Positions 14,605 through 27,982 of a stretch of DNA of 64,000 nucleotides are shown in pieces. A program made the translations under genes and the position numbers. The first letter of the stretch is position 1. Every line of letters starts with the position of its first letter. Origin of the DNA: Chrysomallon squamiferum (lineage: Eukaryota > Animalia > Mollusca); contig CM022679.1 of the NCBI GenBank assembly GCA_012295275.1, positions 13,392,001-13,456,000 on the forward strand. The letters are read 5' to 3'. Below the pieces are notes generated by a model that did not search any database, was not told where the DNA came from, and worked only from the letters and a program-made list of their open reading frames with translations.

Positions 14605-17600
14605 TATTTATTTGATTAGTTAATTAGAAATGTTGATAATTATAATTAATTAGAACTGTTGATAATTACGTAGAGAAAATGAAGGTAATTTACTCGTTTG
14701 ACGAACCACGGGAAGGACATATGCCAGATTCCGCGTCACTTCGAACTGAAGGTCGGCTGGTCAAACTGGAGCTTAGCAGCAGCAACACCGTAGACAACGT
14801 CAAAATTCTGAGTAAGCTGGCTCTTTGTGCCGATGCAGATTACGTCAGAAATGAAGGTGAGTGTAATTTTAAAGTAAATGTCTATAATAATACAGTCAAA
14901 ACTCCGTTAACCGAACATCAATTTTCCAAACAAAATTTTAAGGTCCATAGATAACATATGCATTGAATTCAGTTTATATATTTATTTATTTATTTATTTA
15001 TTTATAATAATATTGTTTATTTTTTCCCGTAGATGTATGTTACTGAATATGCATTTCATTCTTTAATTAAATAGGTTTACATTCACGGAAGATGTAAGTT
15101 GTCTGTTAGGTATAAGTATGTTTGTTGAAATCTAAGCTGTCTCTCTGTGATAGTGTTAGTAAAAAGAAAGAATGGTTATCTGTACAAGATAATGTAAGTG
15201 TTTTATTTAGAAGACAGAGAGGTTTTAAAAAATAGTGTTAGTGTGTTAGAATGTTAGCGAGAGGTCAATGCAGTGGTCTTACACCATCCCAGTTAGCTCT
15301 GTTATTATTATTGTTGTTGTTGTTGTCGTTATTGTTTTTGTTTTATTATTATTATTGATGTATGTATAAATGTATATAAATTAGGATTTATTGTATATGA
15401 ATATCATCATTCTCCTGCTTTAACATACTTAATTACAAATAATTTGTTGTAAATTAAGGTACCAGCATTCTGGTAGCAGTAAGAAAAGCCTGTTCGAAAT
15501 GTTTGAAACTGGAGTATCCTAAATCTTCTGTGTTGATCGTTTTACCCCCGTTCTCAAAAAACAACATCTACAAATTACCTTTATACATGGAGGAAAAGAA
15601 AACACCTCTCATCGACCCGGATGGACAGGTAAATACACAGGTGTGGATACCAGACCACAAGTGAATGTTTAGTGTGAGAGATTTTGAAATAAAAAAACTG
15701 AATTTCCAAAAGTTGATATTAAACTGGCTTTAATAAATCATTGTGAAAAAAAAAAAAAAAAAAGTTATGAACAAGTTAATTCGTAATCAATAAATAGAAA
15801 TTAAACACCTTATTTATATGAGCCATAACTTTTGAAAAAATAAGTAATTATCGATAAAAGTAATGATCGCTATTGTTGCTGACATTAGGTTCGTTGTAGT
15901 AGTAACAGTAGCAGCGTCAGCTGTATTATTAATATATTTTTATAATATATATTAATTAAATAAATATACTGAAACAAATCCAGATGCGTTCGTTTTCAAA
16001 GAGAGATACCCATTCTTCTCATGTTTTTTTATTATTGTATTTGTCCCTTTTCTGAAGGAAGATCTAGAGATTGCCGAGGATGCTACACTGGGGATGTTTA
16101 AATCAAAAGATTCTGTTTATCGATACATGCGGCTTCATGCAAGAATAGCCATGTGTTATTCCGCAGTGTTCAACAAACTGAACAAATGGAAAAACGAAGA
16201 AGGTAAGAATTAGAAATATTACAGTTTTTTTCGCGTGTTTACAGTATGGGATCATAGTCTTCAGGTTCTCGGGATAGGTTTGGCAGTTTTGTTTAATGGT
16301 GTCTACGAATATTTAAATGTTGCCTGGTTATGAGCTTATTACTTATCAAACCAACTGTTTTATACATACCACACAAACATATATACACAATCATACATAT
16401 GTACATACATACAAACATATACACACACATACAGACATACATGTATTCATTCATCCATGCATTTATTTATTCATACATACATACATACATACTTACATAT
16501 ATACATACATACATATATCGTGTTGTTTTATTTATTTTTATTTAATGTTATGTTTATTATTTATTTTATTTTATTTGCTAGTGAAAATCTGTATTTTTGC
16601 CATTCAGTCAGATACCTTTAAGGATAGAACGATAGCCAGCACATTGTAGTCATTTTCTGCTGCTTTGTTTGACAAGAATATTTACAAACAGATTTAATAT
16701 GCCTTCTACCCTTACAGACAAAGTTAAGATTGAAATCGTCAACGCGTACATGACCAACCAAGAACAAGCACTGAAAATAGATCCGATGGATCAGCGTTAT
16801 AACAAGTTTTCTAGTGGTACTGGCTTCGAAATGAAATTTTTGGTGTCAGACCTGAATTCCACGACGATCGTCAAAGATTCGTTGCTGTTATTGCTGCTTA
16901 CGGTTGTGGATATGTGTGGACCATTGTTCCACGATTCTTCAAACTCTTTAGGAGCCGGGCTTTACAAAGACAAGGTTTTCGTTTGTCTGCAAGACACGTT
17001 TGATTTCTGGACGGACGATAAGAATCTGATACCAGATGGCTTGAGCCTTGATTCGTTCAGGGAAAAGATGAACAAAAGATTTGTTCTGGCTTCACGTAAG
17101 TGTGTAAAAATATTTAGTGCATTCGATTAATTAAAATGTTGAGTTATTGATTAATACAGTTTAATGTCAGAGATTAATACCCTTTTAAGTTCCGAATATG
17201 AAAACGCTTACAAATATCATCTTCCAAAAACTAATGAATTAACAATTAAAACGATATATGTGTTTGTGGGAGTCTGTACCAGTGCAAGCATGCAAACGCA
17301 TTGTATACGTTTTATTGCGAACGTGTGTATGCATATTTACGTATTTCAAATGCATGCATGTATATCATACAGGGATGTATGTGCGAATACATGCATGCAT
17401 AAACATAGAGATAGATATCTTTATCATTAATACTTTATCATTGATATTTACAGAAAATCGACTGGTTGACCCAGATAATCTTGAAATAGCTTGCAATAAT
17501 GCAGACCCTCCCGCTCTTCAGTCAGTTGATTTCAGTCACGTGCATTCCCCCGGTGCGGTGTCAAGCCCTAACACGTGTCCCCTCTAGTGAAAGCCAGTTC

Positions 17601-19353
17601 TGCAAAGACACCGAGGCGATCAGACGCATGCACATCAAAGTGATGTTAAAAGAACTGGATCGCAAATGGTTATATCATGAGAGAAAGGAGTTCCTAAACC
17701 CTCTGGAGAAGTGTTTCTTGACGTGCGGAACGTGCATGGATGGTACGTTTTAGTTAACAGTCGCTGTTGGTGTTGTTGCTATTAATACTTATATTTAACA
17801 TGCTGAACATGCGTGGGTGGAACGTTTTGGGTAACGTCACAGCTGGTGTCGGTGTTGTTGCTATTAATACTTATATTTAACATCCTGAACTAATGCACAC
17901 ATACACATTAAACTAAGAAATATTTATTTATTTATTTATTTATTTATTTATTTCCTTTTTTTTTTTTTTTTTTTAAATGCCGGAACTTATATTTTATTTT
18001 TATTATTATTTCTTGTCAGTGGACTACTGAAATGTGAAGGACATGGGCTTCTGGAAGGTAATTAGTTCAATTTTGTTTTATTTAATATTTCAGGATTTAT
18101 TTGGGAAGACAAGACAGAAAGCTGCAACAACTTTATGCACTGGGCTCCTTTTGAACGAGAACGAAATCTCAAATATCTTTCCCAGACACAACGCCAATCT
18201 CCGCAGACTTGCCAGTCAGCATGGGCACACAAAGACAGTCCATTGTTTCATCTTATTTGTACGTGTAGTTTATTATATGTTATTGTGTCAGTGACAGCAA
18301 CAGCACAGTATAAATAGTCAGTGATTAGTGAGGAGTATTGTAGTCTAGCTAATCGTGTCACTGGGGATTTTCTATTATGAGCAACTCATTAGGACAGATG
18401 ACCCTCTTTAAAAATTTTGTATCAATAATATCTAGGGTTACCGTAGTTTCATCAACCAAAGACAGTACAAAAGGAATCTATATTTACTATGACGGTCCCA
18501 GATCTATCTACACGTTTTTATTTATTCCTCCTTCCAAGTCAAGTTTAAAAACGCTATAACATACCCTCGCTCAAGAACGATCTTGCAACCCCCAGGTTGA
18601 AAACCCTATAAACTAGAAAATTAAAATCAAAGTGAAGATAAAAACAAAATATTTTCATTTAGTCTGATATTAATTTGTTTCTTTCTTAAACACAGTGGCA
18701 CCCGTGTACCATTTAAAAAGTTGCGGGCGATTCTCAATACACAGTTCAGCCTCAACAGTTTCATGTTTTGAATTTCTACTCTCTCTCTTTCTTCTTTTTT
18801 TTTTTGTTTTTATCATTCACAGTCAACACAGTCGGAGCTACATACAGACCTAACCCAATGGAGTGTGTTCAGGAGGATCTCTACTTGCAGTGAAACAACC
18901 CAAGTCCTGCTCTCAAGTTACTCCTGTTATTTTGTATTCACGCCGCTGGGTCAAAGATGAAACAGACATGGTTTCTCTGTATAAAGCTTATAAGGTATCT
19001 CTCTCTCTCTCTCTCTTTGAGGAAATGTAAACTTGATGACAAGTTTATCAAAGACTGTGATATCTACTTTTCTGATAATAGGAAGGTGTATATTATGGAT
19101 CATTTCAGCTAGGCTGAAACAAATATCTTATAACAAGAATATTTTGTCTTCTTTTTAACTACAGATATTATGACATGTATTTGAATTAAAAATAAGTGAC
19201 GTGTTCCATTAAAATTAATATTTATTCCAAAAAAAAAACAATGATAGTTTTTAGTAATTTGTTACGTGGTGTAACAAAAATGTCACTGATGTCGTAAATG
19301 GACTGGTCAGCAAACCCATTTATAGCTGAAAGCACTGCTCACAGATTGCCATT
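8729..19353 (+). pseudogene. Truncated, decaying copy of the Hedge/M15-domain gene (exons 1-16; exon 17 absent)
   Basis: Exons at 8729-8795, 9836-9928, 10374-10537, 10894-11067, 11507-11669, 12143-12287, 12685-~12808, 13989-14068, 14674-14856, 15459-15628, 16058-16202, 16718-17095, 17454-17742, 18094-18258, 18823-18993 and ~19261-19353. Lesions versus copy 2: exon-7 donor lost; 2-nt deletion at ~17574; 8-nt and net 4-nt deletions in exon 14; TCA>TGA at 18891; exon-16 acceptor deleted. Confidence 0.9.
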
Positions 19354-19594
19354 GAAAGAGTGCCAAGTCCTGAGCAGTCTCGCGGACCAATCTCTGGAAT
19401 GGCAACTTTATGATCAGCAATTCTGTAGATTTCTGATACCATCTGATTTCTCTCATAGTACCACGCCTGTAACGATGGAGTTTCTTCACTCTTCTAGTAG
19501 ATGGTGCATTCTTTCTTGCTGCCTTTGTTGCCAGTTGCTTCCGTGGAGCTTTACCTCCAGTAGATTTACGTGCAGTCTGCTTAGTACGAGCCAT
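19307..19594 (-). pseudogene. 3'-truncated H3.3 duplicate with an open chimeric ORF (95 aa)
   Basis: H3 residues 1-77 with S28N, G33R, G34R, P38L, P43R, VAL46-48>M, R53W, R63I and I74T, followed by [19 protein letters not shown] read from the junction and antisense exon 16. Most of the histone fold is missing. Confidence 0.85.
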
Positions 19595-20695
19595 AATTCA
19601 ACTTGTCCTGTATCATTATTTAAAAAAAAAAAAAAAATTAGTTTCTATCTTGGCATATGATGTGAACAATTTATGTAACAATCATCTGGTTTTACTTTAG
19701 CAAGTTGTAAATAAACTTGAAACAGATGAAACCATAAAATGCTAGTTGGATATCTTCCCAATACTAAATATGTATAAATACAGGGGTACATGGAATACCA
19801 TAGCATATATATTAAACAAAAATATTTATCTAGCAACAGACGAAATTATATAATTTAGCTGATGTACTTTCTTCCCTTAAGTTGGTTTCAGGTATCGTAG
19901 ATAAGTAATATTCCGTATTCAGAGCAAGAGTGAGATTGGCAACAGCTATTGCACAATACAGTCGATACAATTTACTCCTAAGATCCAAAAACAGTAACCT
20001 AAATCGTAACTTTAAATGGATTTTATATGTTATTTCAACGGATTTTCTTGCATTTAGTAATGTAAACTCTAGGATACTTGTATAGTTACTAATAAAGCCA
20101 ATCCGTAAAGTTAATGCTAACAACTGCCTAATTTTCTTTACAATCTGGAAAATTGGAATTCACATTAATAACATTACACGAAACTATCTTAAGAAATTAC
20201 GTTTTTAGTCTAAAAGTTACAAAAATACTTCACATTACGTACAAGATTTAAGTGTGACGTACCAAGAGTTCGACTGTCAATAACGATCAGTGAAACACCG
20301 TCATATATTGCTTACAATTTATGTTTACATACACCGATACGTGTAAAATCATTATTGGATATATAACTACGCAGACGTTTACAAACTTATGTTAACTTAT
20401 TTCAACTTGAAAAGATTTATATTTCTGTTACATAGATTTATACATCGACACTTAAAAATGTTCCGGTAACAATGGCGCCTTTCTCAAGTCTTCCGTCACC
20501 CATACATACACCGACTCATATTCAAAAATATATCGATCCGTGTGAAATAACATATAATTCTAATGTTACTTTATAGTTTTATATCGTTGATTTAGAACAT
20601 TTAACTCAGTATTAGGTTTTGGAATTAGGTTAACTCACCTTCTAGAGTTTAACAATTTCAAAATTTACCGCAAAAATCGCAACGAACTATGGTAT

Positions 20696-20745
20696 GGTAT
20701 AGAAAAGTCTTTTTACGTGCCCACGTCCAATTCAAGGTTCGTATA
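20696..20745 (-). mobile_element. ~49-bp insertion in the duplicated H3.3 promoter, probably a 5'-truncated retroposon 3' end
   Basis: Absent from copy 1 (ggtatatttag at 6551). Positions 20708-20741 are the exact reverse complement of 20956-20989. Confidence 0.5.
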
Positions 20746-20947
20746 TTTAGCTCGGTGGTTTAGTTTTTGTTTCATTGGTTTTGGTTTTGAGAAAGTGATC
20801 TGAGCTGATTGGTTACAATCTCTGTGATTGTATTGGTCCATTTCTATAAAGTACATGAAGTGATTGGACAAAAATACTCTGTTTTCATTGGTCAATTCTC
20901 AATTTCTTTAGCAAAGTGCTTCTTTACTGTATTCCCTGGCCTCTACT

Positions 20948-21006
20948 TTAGTGCCCGAACCTTGAATTGGACGTGGGCACGTAAAAAGAGTTCTCCATCC
21001 ATCCAT
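20948..21006 (+). mobile_element. 59-bp insertion with (CCAT)n tail and 13-bp target-site duplication; SINE/LINE-like 3' fragment
   Basis: cctggcctctact is duplicated at 20935-20947 and 21007-21019 but single in copy 1 (~6745). The insert ends in ccatccatccat. Confidence 0.6.
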
Positions 21007-21703
21007 CCTGGCCTCTACTATGCTGGGAGAGAGATTGCAAAAATAGATTTCTGATTTCGGGTTCGCTCGATAAATTCCGTAGCCAATCCCGTAGTAATGA
21101 AAAGTTCGCAAGGGCAGATAACTTAAATATGATGACATAAGAATTAAAAATAACTGTTTACTAATAAGCTTATTGCGAAATATAACATTCACAGAGGTAA
21201 TGTAGTGTATACAGAACTTGTCTCATTAATAAACAACTTTCTGTTGTTCAGACTTTAAAAAGATTATCATAAAAACATTAAAAATGTACGTCATGTTTTG
21301 AACATTAAAACTGAAAGTTTAAAAATAATAAATAAATAAATAAATAAATGTAAAGATGTAAATAAAAGTGGCCTATACAGTAATCTGAATAAGGGAAACT
21401 CGGTGAAAGTGTGGCAGAGAATAAAAGGAATTCGATTTTGTGACAATAAAACCGCTAACGATATATTAAATGTAATGACTGTAGCAGTTCCGATTGGGGA
21501 AAGTTAACGAACTAAAGCAGCGTTATTGTTTTAAATACTATTGTAAAATGTTAAAAACATATGGCAGTGCGATTGTCTCCATCTTGTCACAAAAAATCCG
21601 TGTTACGAGCGACATTCCAATACGCAGTCGCTAGCTGGCGCAACGAACAACAGAACATAATAGTTCCATCCTCTAAATCACAATACGATATGAAATAACA
21701 ATA

Positions 21704-21755
<52 letters not shown>

Positions 21756-21835
21756 TCATATAAGAGATGTATACGTGGAGACATTTTCTCTTTACCGTGA
21801 CGTCATTTTGTAGACCTACAGGAAATGGAGAATTC

Positions 21836-21885
<50 letters not shown>

Positions 21886-22625
21886 TATGACAAATCATTT
21901 ATTTATTAAATATTCACAGGTGTTAAAGAAAATAACCATATCGGTGATAACTTACTTTTCACTGATTGTTATTGACTGTAAGAGAAATTAATTTTAAAAA
22001 CTCTTTTCATTTTAATTATTTACTTTTTTTCACATTATTGTTTGTTATTAGTAGTAGTAGTATTACTACTGCTACACTTCTACATATGTTATTATTGTAT
22101 TTCAGAATGATTTTATTGTTGTTATTGTAGCTTTGCTGTTGTTATTGTCATTGTTGTTGGTGTTATCATTGCATCTGCGTTAATTACATAAAGAACCTCA
22201 ATTTTTCTTTATTTATTTAGTTATTTGTTTATTTATTTATTTTATTTATATTTTTATTGCTGGTAGTGCGTACGTGTGACAAAATTTTGACGTAAACATG
22301 ACCAGTAAAATTAATTTCTTGTACATAAACATAAAGTACGCAAAACAAATTTACTACATTTGTGAATGTCTCAGAATTACTCATTCTTTGTTTTCTAAAT
22401 AACAAGTTTCGACCTGCCGTTTATTTACGTCTGATTGCCTCAGTATCTGACGGACCGTAACTGACCGTTCATTATAAGTTCATTCTTATTCTTCTGATCC
22501 TTTGTACAGTTATATAGATCTCATGTTAACGTATACCTTTACTCAAGGTCCGGACAGGTCCGGTTATGCATGATTAAGTCTATATAGCTGGACATCGTCC
22601 ATTTTGTACACAGTAACTGAACAAA

Positions 22626-22818
22626 ATGAAGGGAGGTAGTTTGTTTTTCGTTTTCCTCCTCATCTTTTCGATGAACAGTGTTAAAGGAGTGGGTAAGTAC
22701 ACTAATCTGACATCTAGACGTTTTAATATTAGCATAATTACACAAACATATAGTAATAGCGTTTTTTTTTTTTTAATCTGTGTGCTCTATCAACATGTAT
22801 TATTTGTAATAAAATATG

Positions 22819-22882
<64 letters not shown>

Positions 22883-23292
22883 ATAGATTTAAAACAAATA
22901 CTTTACTCATCCATTACCTTATTAACATCTACAACACAAATAACACAGCAATTATACGGCTGTGACATTAGAATTTAAAAATATCCCAAAACTACTATTC
23001 GCTACATTACAAATTAGTTAATAAAAATTAGTAACACTTATCTGTCTGCACTCTGATTGTTTTACAGTGAAATATGACATTAAAAAAAACAACAACAATG
23101 ATTTAAAAACTGAACAAATTTTTTAACAGGAACTAAATAAAAAATATATATATATGAAAAGCTTAATAATAAAAATGTATATTTAATAATAGTAATAATA
23201 GATACATAATACAACATACATACACATACGTACGTTGTAACCCATATACACGTATATTCATACATACATGCATACATATATGCATATCTATA

Positions 23293-23325
<33 letters not shown>

Positions 23326-26149
23326 ATATATACACACACACACACAAACACACACATGTATTATGCGTAGACAGACAGACAAACAAACATACAAACAGAC
23401 AGACAGATAGATAGATAGATAGACAAACACAAATAACATGCATACACGTATACATATACATATAAATATACACTAATAAAGACAAAAACATGCATTCACA
23501 CGTACAGACATACACACATATAAAAATGTACATTCGTACACAGACACCGCTTTTCATTTTCGTATATAAATTTCAGACACCTTAGAAACTATTATTAAAA
23601 TAACATGTAGTTATGCTTTATTATTTATTTATTTATTCATTGATTCATTGATTTATTGATTTATTGATTTATTCATTATTATTATTTGTTTATTATTATA
23701 AATGTTTGTGTTTTTTTTTTTTTGTGTGCAGATGTCCTATTTCCTTCAGGAGTCACCTTGTCATCAGTAGATTCAGAAATCATCCAGGATAACGATCCCC
23801 GATACGCTGACCCTCTGAATACAGGTTGGAATTATATCATATTATGATTCTGTCCTAACCACATCGTATGTTACCAGTCATCAGAAGCATCATGGGTAGA
23901 ATTCTGTATCTTAGTCGGTGATATTTTTGGCTATCATACTTTATGTGTGGCACTTATCATATATCTATTTCTATAACTAAGAAAGGATTTTACCTCATTT
24001 CAGATCGACAATAAAATGTTTACATTAATTTGCTGTCAATATATAAGTTTAATTTGCTTATGAAAAGTTATTGTATGGAATAATTATTACATCCACTTTA
24101 ACATTTTTTTACTTCGTAAATAAAATAATTATTGATTTTATATATATATATATATATTTTAAAGAGAGAGAGAGAAGACAATGAACATTCTTATTTCGTT
24201 TCTAATTTCGCGTTCCGATCAATTTAAAAAACACTATATAAATAAAAAAGAGGAGTAATTTCTTTTTTTTTTTTTTTTTTTTTTTGGGTTTCCAGGAACT
24301 TACATATTTGATTCCAAGGGTATCGAAATGGACAGATTGGCTCTAACTGTTCTTGTCAGTCATTTCAAGGCACAGAACGAACGATACTTCCGAGCTCATC
24401 CAGTTCTAATTAAATGTGCTGACAAAATCATGTTGGATCTTGGAAACCAAGACAAACAGGTAAATACAACAGGAATGGATGCTTATAAACCACTGCGGTT
24501 TATACAAAACAGGAATTCTACAATTTACGCTTACAAAAATCACTGAAACTGATACAAGACTGTAATGGAGCATACAACATAATCAAACACTCTTTATTTC
24601 TCCAAAGACACTTTTTTTTATCATTCAGATATTTATTTTTCAATTACATTTTTTTTTTTTTTACTGCAGCAGTATTTATCCTTAACTCGTTTTATTCACT
24701 TACTAATCGAGATTTTTTACTTGTTTAAAAAAGCCCAAGAAAGCCTCTTTCTTTTTCCCACTTACCAGTCAGGATTTGCGACTTGTCTAGGTAACAAAAC
24801 ACTTCAAAATTTCAGATAAGAATTTTCAGCGGTTACATCCCAAGGTCGGAGATAGGTTCCAGCAAAACTGTTCAGGATCTTTATGCTGCGGCTGGATGTG
24901 CAGTTCAGTTGATGTTTCGACCTGAAGTCGTCGGAGATGTACTTTTAATTGCCCAGGCAGCACTTAAACACTGTCCGCTCATTTTTGAGGTAACTGACAA
25001 AAAAAAATAAAAAAATACTATGCCTTTGTTTTGCCACGCTATTGTTGTAATAGGCAACATTATTATCAGTTTATATGTAAAACCTAATAGATGCTTTTAA
25101 TTATCAGTGCTTAATATTTAACACACGTTTAATCATTAATTTGGCGATTAATATCCACTTATTTTTTTAATCATCAGACGTTGAATGTTGAACTGTTTTT
25201 ACTTTAATTGTCATTAATTGTATTGTGAAAAAAAGTGTTTACGTCATTAACGAATAAATGAGACGTTAAATGTTCAACTGTTTTTACTTTAATTGTCATT
25301 AATTGTATTGTGAAAAAAAGTGCTTACGTCATTAGCGAATAAATGAATTTTATTATCACAGCCTGGGGGTTTCCTGGGCCCAGGGACCTATGCAATACAT
25401 GTGTGATGTGGCTTGCTCTCGATAAATTAATCGTTGTTGTAAATATTGGGTGCATTGTTTTGTCCAAGGACCTATATTGATATTAGATGGCCGTAACTGA
25501 CGTTAGTTCATAATACATACTGAGCTTTAATGTTATTTTATTTCACAGAGATTTCAGCGCGACCTCGGTCTCGTTCTGATGGTAGATCGTCTGCACATTC
25601 ATATGACTGAAGCAGGCGGAAATGGAATGTATCTAGGTATTGATGGATACTCATGGAATCAAGTAGACACATTCGAAAACTGGTCTTTACAGCAAATTGA
25701 CATCGGCTTAGGTAAATGTTAGAATTTGATATATATCCTGGATTTGATACTTAATAAAGCTGCATGTCCATTTGCAGTGTTTTATATATATGCCATAGTA
25801 ATGTTGGTAGTCGTAATTATATTATTCATTCATTCATTCATTTGTTCGTTTTTATTTTATTTGCGTTATTATTATTTTTTAAATTAAAGTGGGATTCCTC
25901 TCAATCATTTGTTTATGCGTTTATTTCGAAAATATATACTGTTTTCTAAACTTAGCAATTTTATCTTTAATATTATTTGTATTTAATATCTTTCTTTCTT
26001 TCTATTTATTTATTGTTGCTGTTATTATTATTATTTATTTATTTATTATTATTATTATTACTATTATTATTTATAATTATTTATTTATTTATTTTATTAT
26101 ATTTATATACATACATACATATATATATATTCAGATATATATATTCACA

Positions 26150-26180
<31 letters not shown>

Positions 26181-26983
26181 TTTTCATTAATGACCAAACA
26201 GAATATATTTTTTCATTACAGATTCTAATAAAGTGGACACATGTTCTTCGTTCGTGGGACTCGAGGTGGGTGGTGTTTACCCACCAGGCAGCGCGTCCTC
26301 CCCCGAAGCAGTCGTGGGCAGGGTTGATGAACCCATCACACGAAATAACCCCGAAGATTTTAGTCTGTAAATTACTATTTTAAAAACAACATCAACATCA
26401 TTTTATCATTCTTTTAAGTTGTTTATTTCTATTAGCTGCACAATGTATTAAGATCAGAATATTTTGTTTAGAAAACTACAGAGACGCTTTTGTAATTATA
26501 AATAAGTTTTTGTAACGGAGATAAAAGCAAAAAGTCATAACTGGTAGAATAATGTGTGCGTGCGTGCGTTTGTGTGCGCGTGTGTGTGTGTGTAAATTTA
26601 TTGCACTTAAAGAAATAAAATTACGTCTCCTATCCTTTGTGTCGTGTAATTTAAATATGTTTACTTAACAACAATGCAAATTATGAGGGCATGCTAGCTG
26701 TAACTGAATTAATGCATACTGTTTTCAGAACAAATTTATTAATATATTATTTCTTACAGTCTGGTCCAGTATGTTGGGCGAGATATTGAATTTGAAAATG
26801 AAGAACGAACCTCGTCATGGTGTGGACTAGAAGGTAACCCATGTCATGACTGCAGAAGTCAGCCGAACGGAAATTCACTGACTAAAAGGTAATGTAACAA
26901 GCGTTTAGATTTTTTATTTTTTATTTATTTATTTATTTTTGGTTGGTTTTTAATTGTATTTATTTATTTATTGTTTGTTTGTT

Positions 26984-27027
<44 letters not shown>

Positions 27028-27545
27028 GACGCCATTTTCACTGTTTTTTATTTTTTTTTGTTTTTTTTTTTTTTTTTTTCTTTTTTGTTTTGTTTTATCA
27101 ATCTGTATAAACAGATCTATATTGTTTTGTCCTTTTTGGTTTTGGTTTTTCTGTTAAATACATGCAGGTTATATTCACCACATAACGATGACTATTATAA
27201 TGTTTTCTAAAATCCAGGAATCTATAATAACGTCAAACAAATTCAAATTTACAGGCAATACTTGTAATAAAATGATTTTTTATTTTAGCAGTACATACCG
27301 AAGTACCATTGATTTTAATTTAAATCTTATAATAAACTGCAGTATGTTAACAGAACACATTAACCAATGCTATTTTGTATTCAGTTTAAAAAAAAAAAAA
27401 GTTTATGCTTATCACGTATGTAGCTCATAATATGCAAGTTATTATTAGTCAGGGGACCTTCACACTGATGTTTAGAATTTCAATATACGACGGAGAATAA
27501 AACAAAATAATAATAATATAAAATAAATACATAAATAAATATATA

Positions 27546-27589
<44 letters not shown>

Positions 27590-27605
27590 TAACAATAACA
27601 ATAAA

Positions 27606-27636
<31 letters not shown>

Positions 27637-27951
27637 GTATAATATTATAAAACGACATGTAAGTTACTGTTTGAAATGTAATTAGAATATGATTCTTTAG
27701 CTAATTTAATAACGTGAAATACATTCTTGTGAGTGTAGGGTGTGTGACTAATGGGAGGTTACCGCATGTAGTTCTCTGTGCACCGCCCATTTCGAAATTC
27801 ATTCGAAGCTATTATCCGTTAATGCCAGTTCTCAAAAGGCCTTGATATGTTGTTGTTTTTTTATTACCTAAGTGAAAATGCATTTAAAATTTTAATCTGT
27901 ATCAAATGCATTAATCATGATCCCTGTTCACTGTATCACAGTTATTTAAAA

Positions 27952-27982
<31 letters not shown>

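Noticed and set aside
23732-23770. ATG at the start of exon 2 (MSYFLQESPCHQ*) as the Hedge-gene start
   Set aside because: That frame stops after 12 codons. The phase-1 frame joined to the signal-peptide exon is open and matches exon 3.
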